Shown here: positions 9,776 through 18,577 of the stretch, piece by piece
How positions within the stretch are numbered: position 1 is the first letter of the stretch
Layout of the letters: every line of letters starts with the position of its first letter
Virus record (IMG/VR): IMGVR_UViG_3300045988_177154
Span: 128,001 to 192,000 of that record
DNA: 64,000 nt
From: a virus
Reading direction: 5' to 3' (one strand)
Position numbers and translations under genes: made by a program
Notes under the pieces: generated by a model
Database searches by the model: none
Told to the model about the DNA's origin: nothing
What the model saw: the letters and a program-made list of their open reading frames with translations, nothing else

Positions 9776-10267
9776 ATGACTACAATTAAAGAAAAAATTA
9801 CAGCTATGACAAAAGAAGCATTACTTGCTAATAAAGCTGCTTCAATGGATGGAGTAAAAGGAACTCCTAAAGAAAAAGAATTAAAAGAAGCAATTAAACC
9901 AAAACTTACTACATTACGTTCAATTGAAGCTGCTATTCACAATAAAGAAATTGAGAAAAAAGCTAAATTAACTGAAGATGAAATTGTTGGTGTGCTTAAA
10001 TCTGCTCAAAAAGTTCGTCTTGCAGAAAAAGAAGCTTTAGCAAATGCTGGAAGAGATACAGAAAAACTTGATGTTCAATTAGCAATTATCGAAACTCTAT
10101 TACCAGCTCAAATGTCTTATGATGAAGTTGTAGCAAAAGTAAAAGAAATTATTGCTAACGCAGAAGTAAAAGACCGTAAACTTATCGGAATTGCACAAAA
10201 AGAACTTAAAGGTAAGGCAGACGGAAAACTTATTACTCAAATTGTGAATGAGGAATTAAATAAATGA
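9776..10267 (+). CDS. GatB/YqeY-domain protein
   Basis: Helical K/E/A-rich sequence with LKGKADGKLI..IV near the C-terminus, as in YqeY and the GatB tail domain. AGGAG RBS. Confidence 0.7.
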   Translation: MTTIKEKITAMTKEALLANKAASMDGVKGTPKEKELKEAIKPKLTTLRSIEAAIHNKEIEKKAKLTEDEIVGVLKSAQKVRLAEKEALANAGRDTEKLDVQLAIIETLLPAQMSYDEVVAKVKEIIANAEVKDRKLIGIAQKELKGKADGKLITQIVNEELNK

Positions 10268-10863
10268 ATCCAGCTATATTAGCAGCTAATAAGAAACAAG
10301 GTAGAGGAAAATTTGACTTCACAAATTTTCTTCTCCTATTTTCAATCTTATTCATTATTACACGAGTATTCTTTTGGGGTACTTATAAAGTAGAAGGTCA
10401 TTCAATGGACCCTACTCTCAAAGGTGGAAATTACTTAGTATCAATAAATTATTTCACACCTGAAAGGGGCGATTTAGTAACAGCTAAAGAAGATGATAGA
10501 GTTATCATAAAAAGAATTATAGGCTTACCAAATGATACTATTGAATTTAAAAACGATAAACTATATATAAATGAAGTAGAACAAGATGAGTCTTACTTAA
10601 ATACTTTTAAAGAAGCATTTACTAAAGACAGACTTCATGAAATATATTCTTACAACGAGAACTATCAAATAAGAGCTGCACAAATGACACATTTTACTCT
10701 TGATAATGAGGGTAGAAGTGAATTTAAAATTACTCTAAAAGACAATGAATATTATCTATTAGGCGATAATCGACCAGTTTCAAAAGATAGTAGAGAAGTA
10801 GGGGCTTTTACTAGAAATCAAATTAATGGAAAAGTTATCATTAAAAACATTAACCCATTTTAA
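10264..10863 (+). CDS. lepB: Signal peptidase I
   Basis: N-terminal TM helix. Catalytic Ser box EGHSMDPTL, GDLV, Lys box IKRIIGLPNDTIE, YYLLGDNRPVSKDSR. Confidence 0.85.
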   Translation: MNPAILAANKKQGRGKFDFTNFLLLFSILFIITRVFFWGTYKVEGHSMDPTLKGGNYLVSINYFTPERGDLVTAKEDDRVIIKRIIGLPNDTIEFKNDKLYINEVEQDESYLNTFKEAFTKDRLHEIYSYNENYQIRAAQMTHFTLDNEGRSEFKITLKDNEYYLLGDNRPVSKDSREVGAFTRNQINGKVIIKNINPF

Positions 10864-10870
10864 AGTTGAA

Positions 10871-10898
10871 AACGGTTGAAAAACCGTTTTTCTTTTTT
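10871..10898 (+). terminator. Rho-independent terminator
   Basis: AACGGTT / AACCGTT stem followed by a T-run. Confidence 0.7.
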
Positions 10899-10941
10899 GA
10901 TATGATTATTGTAAACAAAAATAAAAAAGGAGACTTTTGCT

Positions 10942-11193
10942 ATGACAAATTTAGTAGAAATAGCAAGAGCTTGGAGAGATAAACAACTAACTAAAGATGA
11001 ATTACTACAACATCTAAAACGAGTTAAAATATATAGACCAAATACAGATAGAGATAGCTCAGAAGAGCTTATCTACTTCATTGGGGATAAAAATAGTTTA
11101 TTTGAAGTCGAAGAATATATTTTCCCATTAGAAGAAGATAAACCCTCTTTTAACGAGTTTCAAACTTTGGTTAATTCTTCAAGTATCGCATAA
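10942..11193 (+). CDS. Hypothetical protein
   Basis: 83-aa ORF with an AGGAG RBS. Followed by the hairpin GCCGGATTACGATTCGGC and a T-run. Confidence 0.6.
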   Translation: MTNLVEIARAWRDKQLTKDELLQHLKRVKIYRPNTDRDSSEELIYFIGDKNSLFEVEEYIFPLEEDKPSFNEFQTLVNSSSIA

Positions 11194-11292
11194 CAGAGTA
11201 AAGCCGGATTACGATTCGGCTTTTTCACGTTTGCAAAATACTCCATTTTTTGATAGAATATATTATAAAACAAAAAGAAAGAGGTGAACTAT

Positions 11293-11823
11293 ATGAACTT
11301 AGAAATGCTTATTACTTTTTCAATTATCTTCTTTCTGAATTTGATTACTTCAGCATTAAGCCAATTGAAATATGTACTTGCTAATAAATCAAAGAGTTGG
11401 GAAATGTACGCTCTTATTGGAATTGATACTCTATTCTATTTGTGGTCTTTAAAATTAGTTATGAAAGATACATCACTTTGGGGTGTAGTTGTTCTAACAA
11501 TTGGTAAATTATTAGGTATTACATTAGCTAACTTTATTGAAGATAAACTAATCAGAAAAATCTACCTTTATCAAATTTATTTATCAGATTATGAATTTGT
11601 TTTAGATTTAGAAAAAGCAGCTCATGAAAATAATATTTCAGTTACTACAGTAAAAGGTCACTCAAATGGCATTGAGCGATTCATTATTTCTGCTCATTTA
11701 ACTTCAAAACAAGCAAAATGGTTATTTACTTACTTAAAAGAGCATGGAATTAAAGACCCGACAGCAGATGCTTTTGAATTATCAAAGACTTTTGGAAATA
11801 TTAAGAATAGATTAGATTTTTAA
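11293..11823 (+). CDS. Membrane protein, possibly UPF0316/DUF2179-like
   Basis: ATG at 11293 with an AAGAGG RBS (the track GTG at 11284 sits too close to it). Three predicted TM helices followed by a soluble C-terminal domain. The family assignment is from memory only. Confidence 0.4.
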   Translation: MNLEMLITFSIIFFLNLITSALSQLKYVLANKSKSWEMYALIGIDTLFYLWSLKLVMKDTSLWGVVVLTIGKLLGITLANFIEDKLIRKIYLYQIYLSDYEFVLDLEKAAHENNISVTTVKGHSNGIERFIISAHLTSKQAKWLFTYLKEHGIKDPTADAFELSKTFGNIKNRLDF

Positions 11824-11842
11824 AAATATTTTTAAATAGTTG

Positions 11843-11871
11843 TTGACAATTTTGGTAAAATCGTATATAAT
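11843..11871 (+). promoter_or_regulatory. Sigma-70-type promoter
   Basis: TTGACA, 17-nt spacer, TATAAT. Confidence 0.7.
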
Positions 11872-11901
11872 AGACTCATAAAAAGAAATGAGGATAAAAA
11901 T

Positions 11902-12015
11902 ATGTTTTACATTTTGCTAATTTCAATTCTACCAATTGCTTATGCTATGTGTTCAGAAGTTGATGAAAAAGTATTGCTTGAAAATGGTGTTATGCCATAT
12001 AAAAAGGGGAAATAA
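11902..12015 (+). CDS. Micro-ORF, 37-aa hydrophobic peptide (below the ORF-track cutoff)
   Basis: MFYILLISILPIAYAMCSEVDEKVLLENGVMPYKKGK. GAGGA RBS 7 nt upstream. Its stop lies 1 nt before the next ATG. Confidence 0.45.
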   Translation: MFYILLISILPIAYAMCSEVDEKVLLENGVMPYKKGK

Positions 12016-12016
12016 T

Positions 12017-12232
12017 ATGGTAAATGAAATTCTATTAGAAGTTATCAAAGAAGAACTTGCAGAAAAAGGACAAGTTAAAATTGTCAAAGGTTCAAAAGTA
12101 TTTGTAATGAAAGATTTACTCTATGTGGGGGCTCGTGATGATTACCAATTATCAGAGCAACCATTTGCACAAGACAAAGTTTGGCTTAAAGATTTCCAAA
12201 AGAATTGGGATTTTGACGCTATTGCTATTTAA
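12017..12232 (+). CDS. Hypothetical protein
   Basis: ATG at 12017 with a GGGGAAA RBS. The track TTG start at 11936 would overlap the micro-ORF. Confidence 0.55.
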   Translation: MVNEILLEVIKEELAEKGQVKIVKGSKVFVMKDLLYVGARDDYQLSEQPFAQDKVWLKDFQKNWDFDAIAI

Positions 12233-12265
12233 AACTTATCATTTTTGATAAGTTTTTTATTTTTG

Positions 12266-12294
12266 TTGACAAATTTCATTCCTTATTGTATAAT
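12266..12294 (+). promoter_or_regulatory. Sigma-70-type promoter
   Basis: TTGACA, 17-nt spacer, TATAAT. Confidence 0.7.
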
Positions 12295-12324
12295 AAATAT
12301 ATAAGAACAAAAGGAGCATGAAGA

Positions 12325-13179
12325 ATGACAGCATTAACAGAATTAAAAGAAATTGTAAATATTGAAAGTTTGCAATCAGCATATTATCAAGATAAATTCA
12401 AGCTTAATCTTGAAGAAACTTTAAATCTGCTAGATAAACTTGAAATTGAACAAATGATTAAGGAATTAACTTTCTATGGAAAGGGCTTTAAAATTATTGT
12501 TATCTCTAATGATGAAGATTACACTTATTTTGAATATGTATCTACAAAAGCTCCCAAAGTTAAAACAGAATATACTCCACTCTCATTATGGAAATCTGAT
12601 TTGACTTATTCAAATGAATTTAAAACTTCTGTACCATTTAAAACTCAAAAAATGCTTAAAGAGGAAGAAGAGTTAAGAATTAAGGAAGAAGCAGATGCTA
12701 AAGAAAGACAAGAAAAAGAATTAAATGAAGTAAAAGAAAACATTACTACATGGAAAGAAGAAATTGAAAGAGATTGTACTCCAATTACAGATATTACTTC
12801 TTTTACAATGATTGACCACAAAAGAAATCGTTTTAGTGCTTATCTTGTTGTTCCATATTTGCCAAAGAATTATATGTACAGAATTTCTGATGAAAACTTT
12901 TTGACTGAGAAAGAACGCTATGCTTTTGATTGGATTGGATATGGAACAATTGAAGATGGTAAGTTACAACTTGTAGGTAAGGGTATGGCTTATGTTACTA
13001 AAGCTTATAATGACATTTATCAAAATGCAGTTGAAGAATTATTAAAGAAGCAGTTAATTATTCCTATTCTTGGTATCTCACCTAAGCGTTTGCGTTTGAC
13101 TGGATTTGAAATAAGTGAATGCTCTACTAAGGAATACATTAACATAGTTTTACCAGATATTAAGAATTATTATAAGTAA
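12325..13179 (+). CDS. Hypothetical protein with a central E/K-rich coiled-coil segment
   Basis: 284-aa ORF with an AGGAG RBS. Confidence 0.65.
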   Translation: MTALTELKEIVNIESLQSAYYQDKFKLNLEETLNLLDKLEIEQMIKELTFYGKGFKIIVISNDEDYTYFEYVSTKAPKVKTEYTPLSLWKSDLTYSNEFKTSVPFKTQKMLKEEEELRIKEEADAKERQEKELNEVKENITTWKEEIERDCTPITDITSFTMIDHKRNRFSAYLVVPYLPKNYMYRISDENFLTEKERYAFDWIGYGTIEDGKLQLVGKGMAYVTKAYNDIYQNAVEELLKKQLIIPILGISPKRLRLTGFEISECSTKEYINIVLPDIKNYYK

Positions 13180-13200
13180 GAAAATGAAAGGGAAATAAAA

Positions 13201-13413
13201 ATGAATAAATTTGTTGAGATTATTATTTGGAAACAAGGTTATGATGAACAAGTAATCATCAATGTTGATGATATTGCTAGGCTGAGTGAGGGACCAAATA
13301 TTCTCACACTAAAAACACCCTTTGCAGATGGGAGTTTTGATAGAAGTATATCCTCTGAAACTGCTGATAAACTAAGGAAAATATTAAATATAGAAACAAT
13401 TGATGCTATGTAA
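13201..13413 (+). CDS. Hypothetical protein
   Basis: 70-aa ORF with an AAGGGA RBS. Confidence 0.55.
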   Translation: MNKFVEIIIWKQGYDEQVIINVDDIARLSEGPNILTLKTPFADGSFDRSISSETADKLRKILNIETIDAM

Positions 13414-13467
13414 AATCACTTTTTGAATAATGAAAATGAAAGAGTTATGAAAATAACTCTTTTTTTG

Positions 13468-13496
13468 TTGACTTTTTTAGAAAATTTTAATACAAT
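13468..13496 (+). promoter_or_regulatory. Sigma-70-type promoter
   Basis: TTGACT, 17-nt spacer, TACAAT, immediately after a terminator hairpin (AAGAGTTAT / ATAACTCTT). Confidence 0.65.
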
Positions 13497-13586
13497 GAAT
13501 ATAGGTAAATATATATAAATTAAGTGACAGTTAATTATTATATATTTTTAGATATAAAATATAAAAAAGAGAGGTTAGCAAAAGAA

Positions 13587-14039
13587 ATGACAACTGTATT
13601 ATCCAAGCTCATTTTCAAAAATGAATATGTAGTAATACTTAAAAATGACGAAGCAATTGGTGTAGATAAAGTTTCAGGCTTCGCAGGCAAAGTTATTATT
13701 TTGAAAAATGGTAGTAAATACAATGAAGATACTCTAACAAGTAGGACTGATGAAACTAGAATTGTACCATATTATACTTTGACTGCTCATAGAACTCTAT
13801 CTGCTTGGGAAAAAGAAAATAAAATCAAGAAATTTAGACATAGAGTTTTATTTAAATTATTTAAAGAATTTGCTTTGCGATTTACATTTGATACTTGTTC
13901 GCAACTGACACAAGAAAAATCAAAATTAACTCCAATTAAATACGTCATTACTCCACTTGAGCTTGAACAGACTGTCAGTGAAAAAGTTGCTGAGCTCTAT
14001 AAAGGAGAATATTATGACCGTGAACCCGTACAAAATTGA
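13587..14039 (+). CDS. Hypothetical protein
   Basis: ATG at 13587 with an AGAGAGG RBS, preferred over the track start at 13524. Confidence 0.6.
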   Translation: MTTVLSKLIFKNEYVVILKNDEAIGVDKVSGFAGKVIILKNGSKYNEDTLTSRTDETRIVPYYTLTAHRTLSAWEKENKIKKFRHRVLFKLFKEFALRFTFDTCSQLTQEKSKLTPIKYVITPLELEQTVSEKVAELYKGEYYDREPVQN

Positions 14040-14202
14040 GTATCAAAATTTACTCAAAGAATTAGCAGAGGATAGAGATGAATCCTTAAAAGTGCTAGAG
14101 GAAGGAGTTGATTCCGAAACACATATAGAACTTAAAAAAGAAGTTTATGTTTTGAATAGCATAGTAGCAAGAATGGAAAGTTTTTTGAGGGAAGAACCGT
14201 GA
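14014..14202 (+). CDS. Hypothetical protein (small, helical)
   Basis: ATG at 14014 with an AAGGAG RBS. Overlaps the neighbouring genes at both ends. Confidence 0.55.
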   Translation: MTVNPYKIEYQNLLKELAEDRDESLKVLEEGVDSETHIELKKEVYVLNSIVARMESFLREEP

Positions 14203-14543
14203 AAATATTTTTGGACGATTTAAGACCAGTACCAGATGAATTTGATTTAGTATTTAGAAGCGGTAAAGCATTACTGAAATACTTAAAAGAAAATCCTAAT
14301 CAACATTATGAGTTAATCTCATTTGACCATGATTTAGGAGAAAACACTTTAACTGGCTATGATGTAGTAAAAGAAATTGTAGATGATTTAGACATTAACT
14401 TTACTTTTGATAGATTTCAATTTCACACTGCCAATGTAGTTGGATTTAGGAATATGTATTATTACTTAGTAAATGCTCAAATTTATGATTTATTCCCACC
14501 TGGTATTATAGATAAAAATTTAAAGACTTACACAAGTGTATAA
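14199..14543 (+). CDS. Receiver-like domain protein, resembles the cyclic-phosphate-processing receiver (cREC) family
   Basis: MKIFLDDLRPVPDEF...ELISFDHDLGE..LTGYDVVKEIV matches my memory of the cREC pattern (LDD.R.P, S.DHDLG, TGYDV). GTG start overlaps the upstream stop. Confidence 0.45.
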   Translation: MKIFLDDLRPVPDEFDLVFRSGKALLKYLKENPNQHYELISFDHDLGENTLTGYDVVKEIVDDLDINFTFDRFQFHTANVVGFRNMYYYLVNAQIYDLFPPGIIDKNLKTYTSV

Positions 14544-14655
14544 CTGATTTTGAGGGTTGTTATATCGTCATATAAGCAACGCTAAAACAGTTAAAACTGA
14601 TTTTCGATAAATGTATCGAAAGTCTACAAAAGCAGCTTAAAACAGCTTAAAATTA
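14544..14655 (-). repeat. IGR-120 intergenic repeat, copy R3 (reverse)
   Basis: CTGATTTTGAGGGTTGTTATATCGTCATATAAGCAACGC, palindrome TCGATAAATGTATCGA, AAAAGCAGCTTAAAACAGCTTAAAA. Reverse complement of the R6/R7 arrangement. Confidence 0.85.
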
Positions 14656-14718
14656 CATTAGCAAATTTGCCAAAAAACTATATAAAGGAATAAAATTAGA
14701 AAGACAAAAGGCAACAAA

Positions 14719-15345
14719 ATGACTACGTTTAAAGAACTTACTAAAAAATATAACTGTACAGCAAAATGTCAATCACTTTTAGAGCGACTTGATATGGTAG
14801 AAGAAAAATTTGAGCAATTCAGTAACAAACATCAAATTGATGAACACTATGGATTAGACTTTGACTTTCTTTATGGGGACTTTACTTGGAAACCTAAATT
14901 AACTCAAAAACGCACTATTCAAGAGCATTTAGTAACTAATCACGAATTGATTGAAGAATTGAAAAATCTCTCTGATGAAGATTTTATTAAAGTGATGTCT
15001 ACTATGGAAAGTGATTTGCTAAAAGCATTTGCTTATCACATTGTTAATATTACTGGCCTGGCTATTTATTACAATTGCTTATTCAAAATAGACCAATTAA
15101 GAAATGTTAACCAAGACTTTAAAGAAACGATAAATTACAAGGACGAAGATATTACTATTTCAAAAACATATGATTACTTTGTTATGAATTACAAAGATTA
15201 TTTATGTATTCATTATTTTAAAAATGATAGAATGTTTTCATTTTCAAATCCAAGCCTCAAAACTAATGAGATTGAATGTCTTAAAGATTTTGAAGAGCAG
15301 GTTGAAAAAGATGTGGAGTTCTTGATTGAATTTTTGAATAGTTAA
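14719..15345 (+). CDS. Family C paralogue 1 (short form), hypothetical
   Basis: N-terminus MTTFKELTKKY and C-terminus VEFLIEFLNS are shared with the 15426 and 17219 products. Confidence 0.65.
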   Translation: MTTFKELTKKYNCTAKCQSLLERLDMVEEKFEQFSNKHQIDEHYGLDFDFLYGDFTWKPKLTQKRTIQEHLVTNHELIEELKNLSDEDFIKVMSTMESDLLKAFAYHIVNITGLAIYYNCLFKIDQLRNVNQDFKETINYKDEDITISKTYDYFVMNYKDYLCIHYFKNDRMFSFSNPSLKTNEIECLKDFEEQVEKDVEFLIEFLNS

Positions 15346-15371
15346 AGATAGCACTTTATGTGCTATTTTTA
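15344..15371 (+). terminator. Rho-independent terminator (duplicated with family C)
   Basis: ATAGCAC / GTGCTAT stem followed by a T-run. Near-identical to the terminator at 16715. Confidence 0.7.
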
Positions 15372-15425
15372 GTTACTTTTTCAGAAAAAATATTATATAA
15401 TACAATAAAGAAAAGGAGTAAAAAT

Positions 15426-16715
15426 ATGACTACATTTACAGAATTACTTAGAGAAGCAAAAGATGAACCAAAAATAAAGATTAAAGAGCGGCCAATAAAT
15501 TTAGACTTACAAAAGACTATTGATTCATTAAATAAAATGTTTAATGAAAATTGGACTCCATTATTTGATGAAAATAAAGAATATGAATTATGGGATAAGT
15601 ATAATTCTCACATTTATTTTGGCAAAGATTATAAATATGTATTACTAGCAGGCAAAACACCAATCAACAAAGTTGAATTATTACCTGTAAATTGGCTTTT
15701 TATTAAGAAATTTCCTTACTCAACAAAGATTTTATATGTTATTGTTTTAAGAGAATTGGTACAACAAAAATTGAGTGCAAAATTTAGTGAAGCTATCTCA
15801 GTCTCTGGTTTAGCTGAAATCTTTGATGATGTACAAGATTTAGATTATTTAATAAAGAGCATGAATAATGTTTTAGGTGAGAATACACTTATTGAAAAAG
15901 ATAATAGTATTAAATTCAAAAATGAAATAATTTCAGTACCTAACTTACAACTAATGAAAGATTGTTATAATGTTAAAAATGAAGAGCTTTTTGATGCCAT
16001 TACTTCAAAACATTATGAAGAAATAAATTTAGATTTATTTAATATGCTCAATACACATGAGAAGATTTATCCTACTCTTATTAAATTACTTAACAAATTG
16101 AAAACTCTATATCTTGATGAAGTACACACTTATTACAAAGATGAATGTATTAAATATGCTGAAGCTGAATTTGAAATACTTTGTGAGGATTATTCTATCA
16201 ATCCAAACCATTATGTTTTATGTCCAGTTATCTTTAAGAATAAATTAACTTGGGATATAAGGTCTAAAAATAGACTTAAGCTTCCTACTTTTTATCTATT
16301 GAATCATTGGAGCACTCATAAAGCTATGAAATCAATTTCTGAATCTGCTTTTCGTGAAAGCTTGGGTTCTATGGTAAAACCTATTGAAGATGAAGCTCTG
16401 CGTTTAGAATGTAATTCTACAGTTGATAAGATTGTTAATGAATCATTAAAACCAATTAAGAAGCTTAATTTATCAATGAGAGATTTAGATAATGAAATTG
16501 ATTTTAACAGTTGTAAAATAAATGTAAAGACCAAAGACGGCAAACTTACTCTAAAATACAAAGACTATACTTTCCATGTACCTTATTACTCTCCAAATAG
16601 TGTTCACACTTATTTTGAAAAAGAAAATGGAATTGAAGATAATAAAATTTGGGCAAAAACAAAAGAAGATATTCAAACAGTTGCTGATTTGTTCATTGAA
16701 TTTTTAAATAGTTAA
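15426..16715 (+). CDS. Family C paralogue 2, hypothetical
   Basis: ATG at 15426 with an AGGAG RBS (the track GTG at 15360 lies inside the terminator). Motifs MTTFTELLREAK, NENWTPLFDENKEYELW, C-terminal LFIEFLNS. Confidence 0.7.
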   Translation: MTTFTELLREAKDEPKIKIKERPINLDLQKTIDSLNKMFNENWTPLFDENKEYELWDKYNSHIYFGKDYKYVLLAGKTPINKVELLPVNWLFIKKFPYSTKILYVIVLRELVQQKLSAKFSEAISVSGLAEIFDDVQDLDYLIKSMNNVLGENTLIEKDNSIKFKNEIISVPNLQLMKDCYNVKNEELFDAITSKHYEEINLDLFNMLNTHEKIYPTLIKLLNKLKTLYLDEVHTYYKDECIKYAEAEFEILCEDYSINPNHYVLCPVIFKNKLTWDIRSKNRLKLPTFYLLNHWSTHKAMKSISESAFRESLGSMVKPIEDEALRLECNSTVDKIVNESLKPIKKLNLSMRDLDNEIDFNSCKINVKTKDGKLTLKYKDYTFHVPYYSPNSVHTYFEKENGIEDNKIWAKTKEDIQTVADLFIEFLNS

Positions 16716-16748
16716 AAGATAGCACAAATTTGTGCTATTTTTTATTTT
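16715..16748 (+). terminator. Rho-independent terminator (duplicated with family C)
   Basis: ATAGCACA / TGTGCTAT stem followed by a T-run. Confidence 0.7.
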
Positions 16749-16752
16749 TCTA

Positions 16753-16781
16753 TTGACAAACTAAAAATTATATAATATAAT
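16753..16781 (+). promoter_or_regulatory. Sigma-70-type promoter
   Basis: TTGACA, 17-nt spacer, TATAAT, followed by ATAATAGAC as at 35741. Confidence 0.7.
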
Positions 16782-16810
16782 AGACTTATACAATGAAAGG
16801 AAGATAAAAA

Positions 16811-17176
16811 ATGGAAAGATTACATAGAACTATTTACTTAATCGAAGAAAACCCACTTGTAAAAAGCTTTGGAAACGTTGAAGATGTTTTGAAAAGTATT
16901 TATGGTGGGCGAAAAGTTAAAACAATTACAACAAAAAGAACTGATAAGAATTTTGATTTTGGCCATGGTGGAAGAAATCAATCTTATTATCTAACAGACC
17001 AAGAAACTCGCACATACGAAATTGCTGTTACTCCAACTGATAATTATATTATTAAAGTAACAGGTTACAATCTTCAAACTTGTGACCGTCATTTTAAGGT
17101 GGACGAATTTGAAGTACTTGGTATGTCAATAGTTAAAGTGTTAAAACGTTCAATGAAAACTGCTGGAATCGTTTAA
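16811..17176 (+). CDS. Hypothetical protein
   Basis: 121-aa ORF with an AAGGAAG RBS and its own promoter. Confidence 0.6.
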   Translation: MERLHRTIYLIEENPLVKSFGNVEDVLKSIYGGRKVKTITTKRTDKNFDFGHGGRNQSYYLTDQETRTYEIAVTPTDNYIIKVTGYNLQTCDRHFKVDEFEVLGMSIVKVLKRSMKTAGIV

Positions 17177-17218
17177 AACATTACTTAATTAAATTTTAAA
17201 AATAGAAAGAATAAAGAA

Positions 17219-18562
17219 ATGAAAACATTAAAAGAACAACAAGTAACATCACTATCAGAATTGCTAAAAAATGCTAAAAAAGCAGAACAAACAGTTGAAC
17301 AAGATAATAATAAAGAAACTGCTGTTGACAGAGCAGCTAAAAATCTCAACTCATTGTTTAAAAAATATTGGACGCCCTTGTTTGATGAAAATAAAGAATA
17401 TCCAATGTGGAATGATGGTATCTTAATTTATTTTGGACAAGGAATGAACGATTATTTCAGGGTTAAACAAACTTCTATTAACAAAATAGTACTTGTTAAA
17501 TGCCCTGCAAGTAACAGAGTGACTTACCCAGATACAATAGCTAAATCTTACAATAAAATTCTTTTGATGATTATTACTCTTCATATGTACAAAGACTTTA
17601 AAAAGGAAGTTGATTTTTGTGAAATTCTCAAAGAGAGAAATATTAGGCATGCTATCAACAGTTTTCAAGATTTAATTGACCTAATTGGATTTGTTTCTTA
17701 TGAAACACTTAATGAAAATCATAAAAACAATACTATTGAAATTAAAAATTATAAGATTAAAATTTCTCCAACATTAGACTTCGCTAAGAATTATTATTAT
17801 AAATTATATTCTAGTAATATAAAGAATATTCGACAATATGTGAATGAAAATAGTGATTTTTCTGAAATTCTATTTGAGCGTTTAATGACTCACCAAGATA
17901 ATTTTGCAGAACTTAAAGAAACTATTAACCAGTTAGTTCAAGTTTATTCAGAAATGTGTGATATGCTTTTACCAAAATCAGATATTCAACAAATTAAAAA
18001 ACAATTTGATGTTCTCTGTAAAAAATATGATTTAGATAGCAATAATTATCGTGTTGCAGTAACTAACTGGCATAATTATAAATTTATCTTTTCTGTTGCA
18101 GAACGAGGTAAATGGGAATATGGAACTTTTGAGGAATACTTAAAAAATAATTCTAATTACCGTACTTTAAAAGCTAAAGAAAAAGGGAATACTACTTTTG
18201 ATTATCAAGATTTAGAAAACAAAATCAAAGCTCAAGCTTTTGAAAATTATGCAAAAGAATTTGCTCAAAAATTTTACGAAAAAAATAAATCTGAAATAGA
18301 AGAGCTTAAAAAAGTAAAATTTCTTCATAAGAGAAATTTAAAATTCAAAAATGAAGAACTCAGCATTTTTATTAACCAAGAATACTCTAGACTTCAAATT
18401 ACTTATAACAATTTTAAATTTTATAGAGTTGCTGGTAATATATACAATTTTACAATTGACTCTTTCACTGTTCATGATAAAATAATGGAATTATCATTTG
18501 AGGAAATTCAAAAACGCTTAGAATCTTCTGCTGAAGTAATTGAGAAATTTATAAATAGTTAA
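17219..18562 (+). CDS. Family C paralogue 3, hypothetical
   Basis: SELLKNAKK, KKYWTPLFDENKEYPMW and C-terminal VIEKFINS align with the 15426 product. Confidence 0.7.
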   Translation: MKTLKEQQVTSLSELLKNAKKAEQTVEQDNNKETAVDRAAKNLNSLFKKYWTPLFDENKEYPMWNDGILIYFGQGMNDYFRVKQTSINKIVLVKCPASNRVTYPDTIAKSYNKILLMIITLHMYKDFKKEVDFCEILKERNIRHAINSFQDLIDLIGFVSYETLNENHKNNTIEIKNYKIKISPTLDFAKNYYYKLYSSNIKNIRQYVNENSDFSEILFERLMTHQDNFAELKETINQLVQVYSEMCDMLLPKSDIQQIKKQFDVLCKKYDLDSNNYRVAVTNWHNYKFIFSVAERGKWEYGTFEEYLKNNSNYRTLKAKEKGNTTFDYQDLENKIKAQAFENYAKEFAQKFYEKNKSEIEELKKVKFLHKRNLKFKNEELSIFINQEYSRLQITYNNFKFYRVAGNIYNFTIDSFTVHDKIMELSFEEIQKRLESSAEVIEKFINS

Positions 18563-18577
18563 AAGGAAAGATAAATC

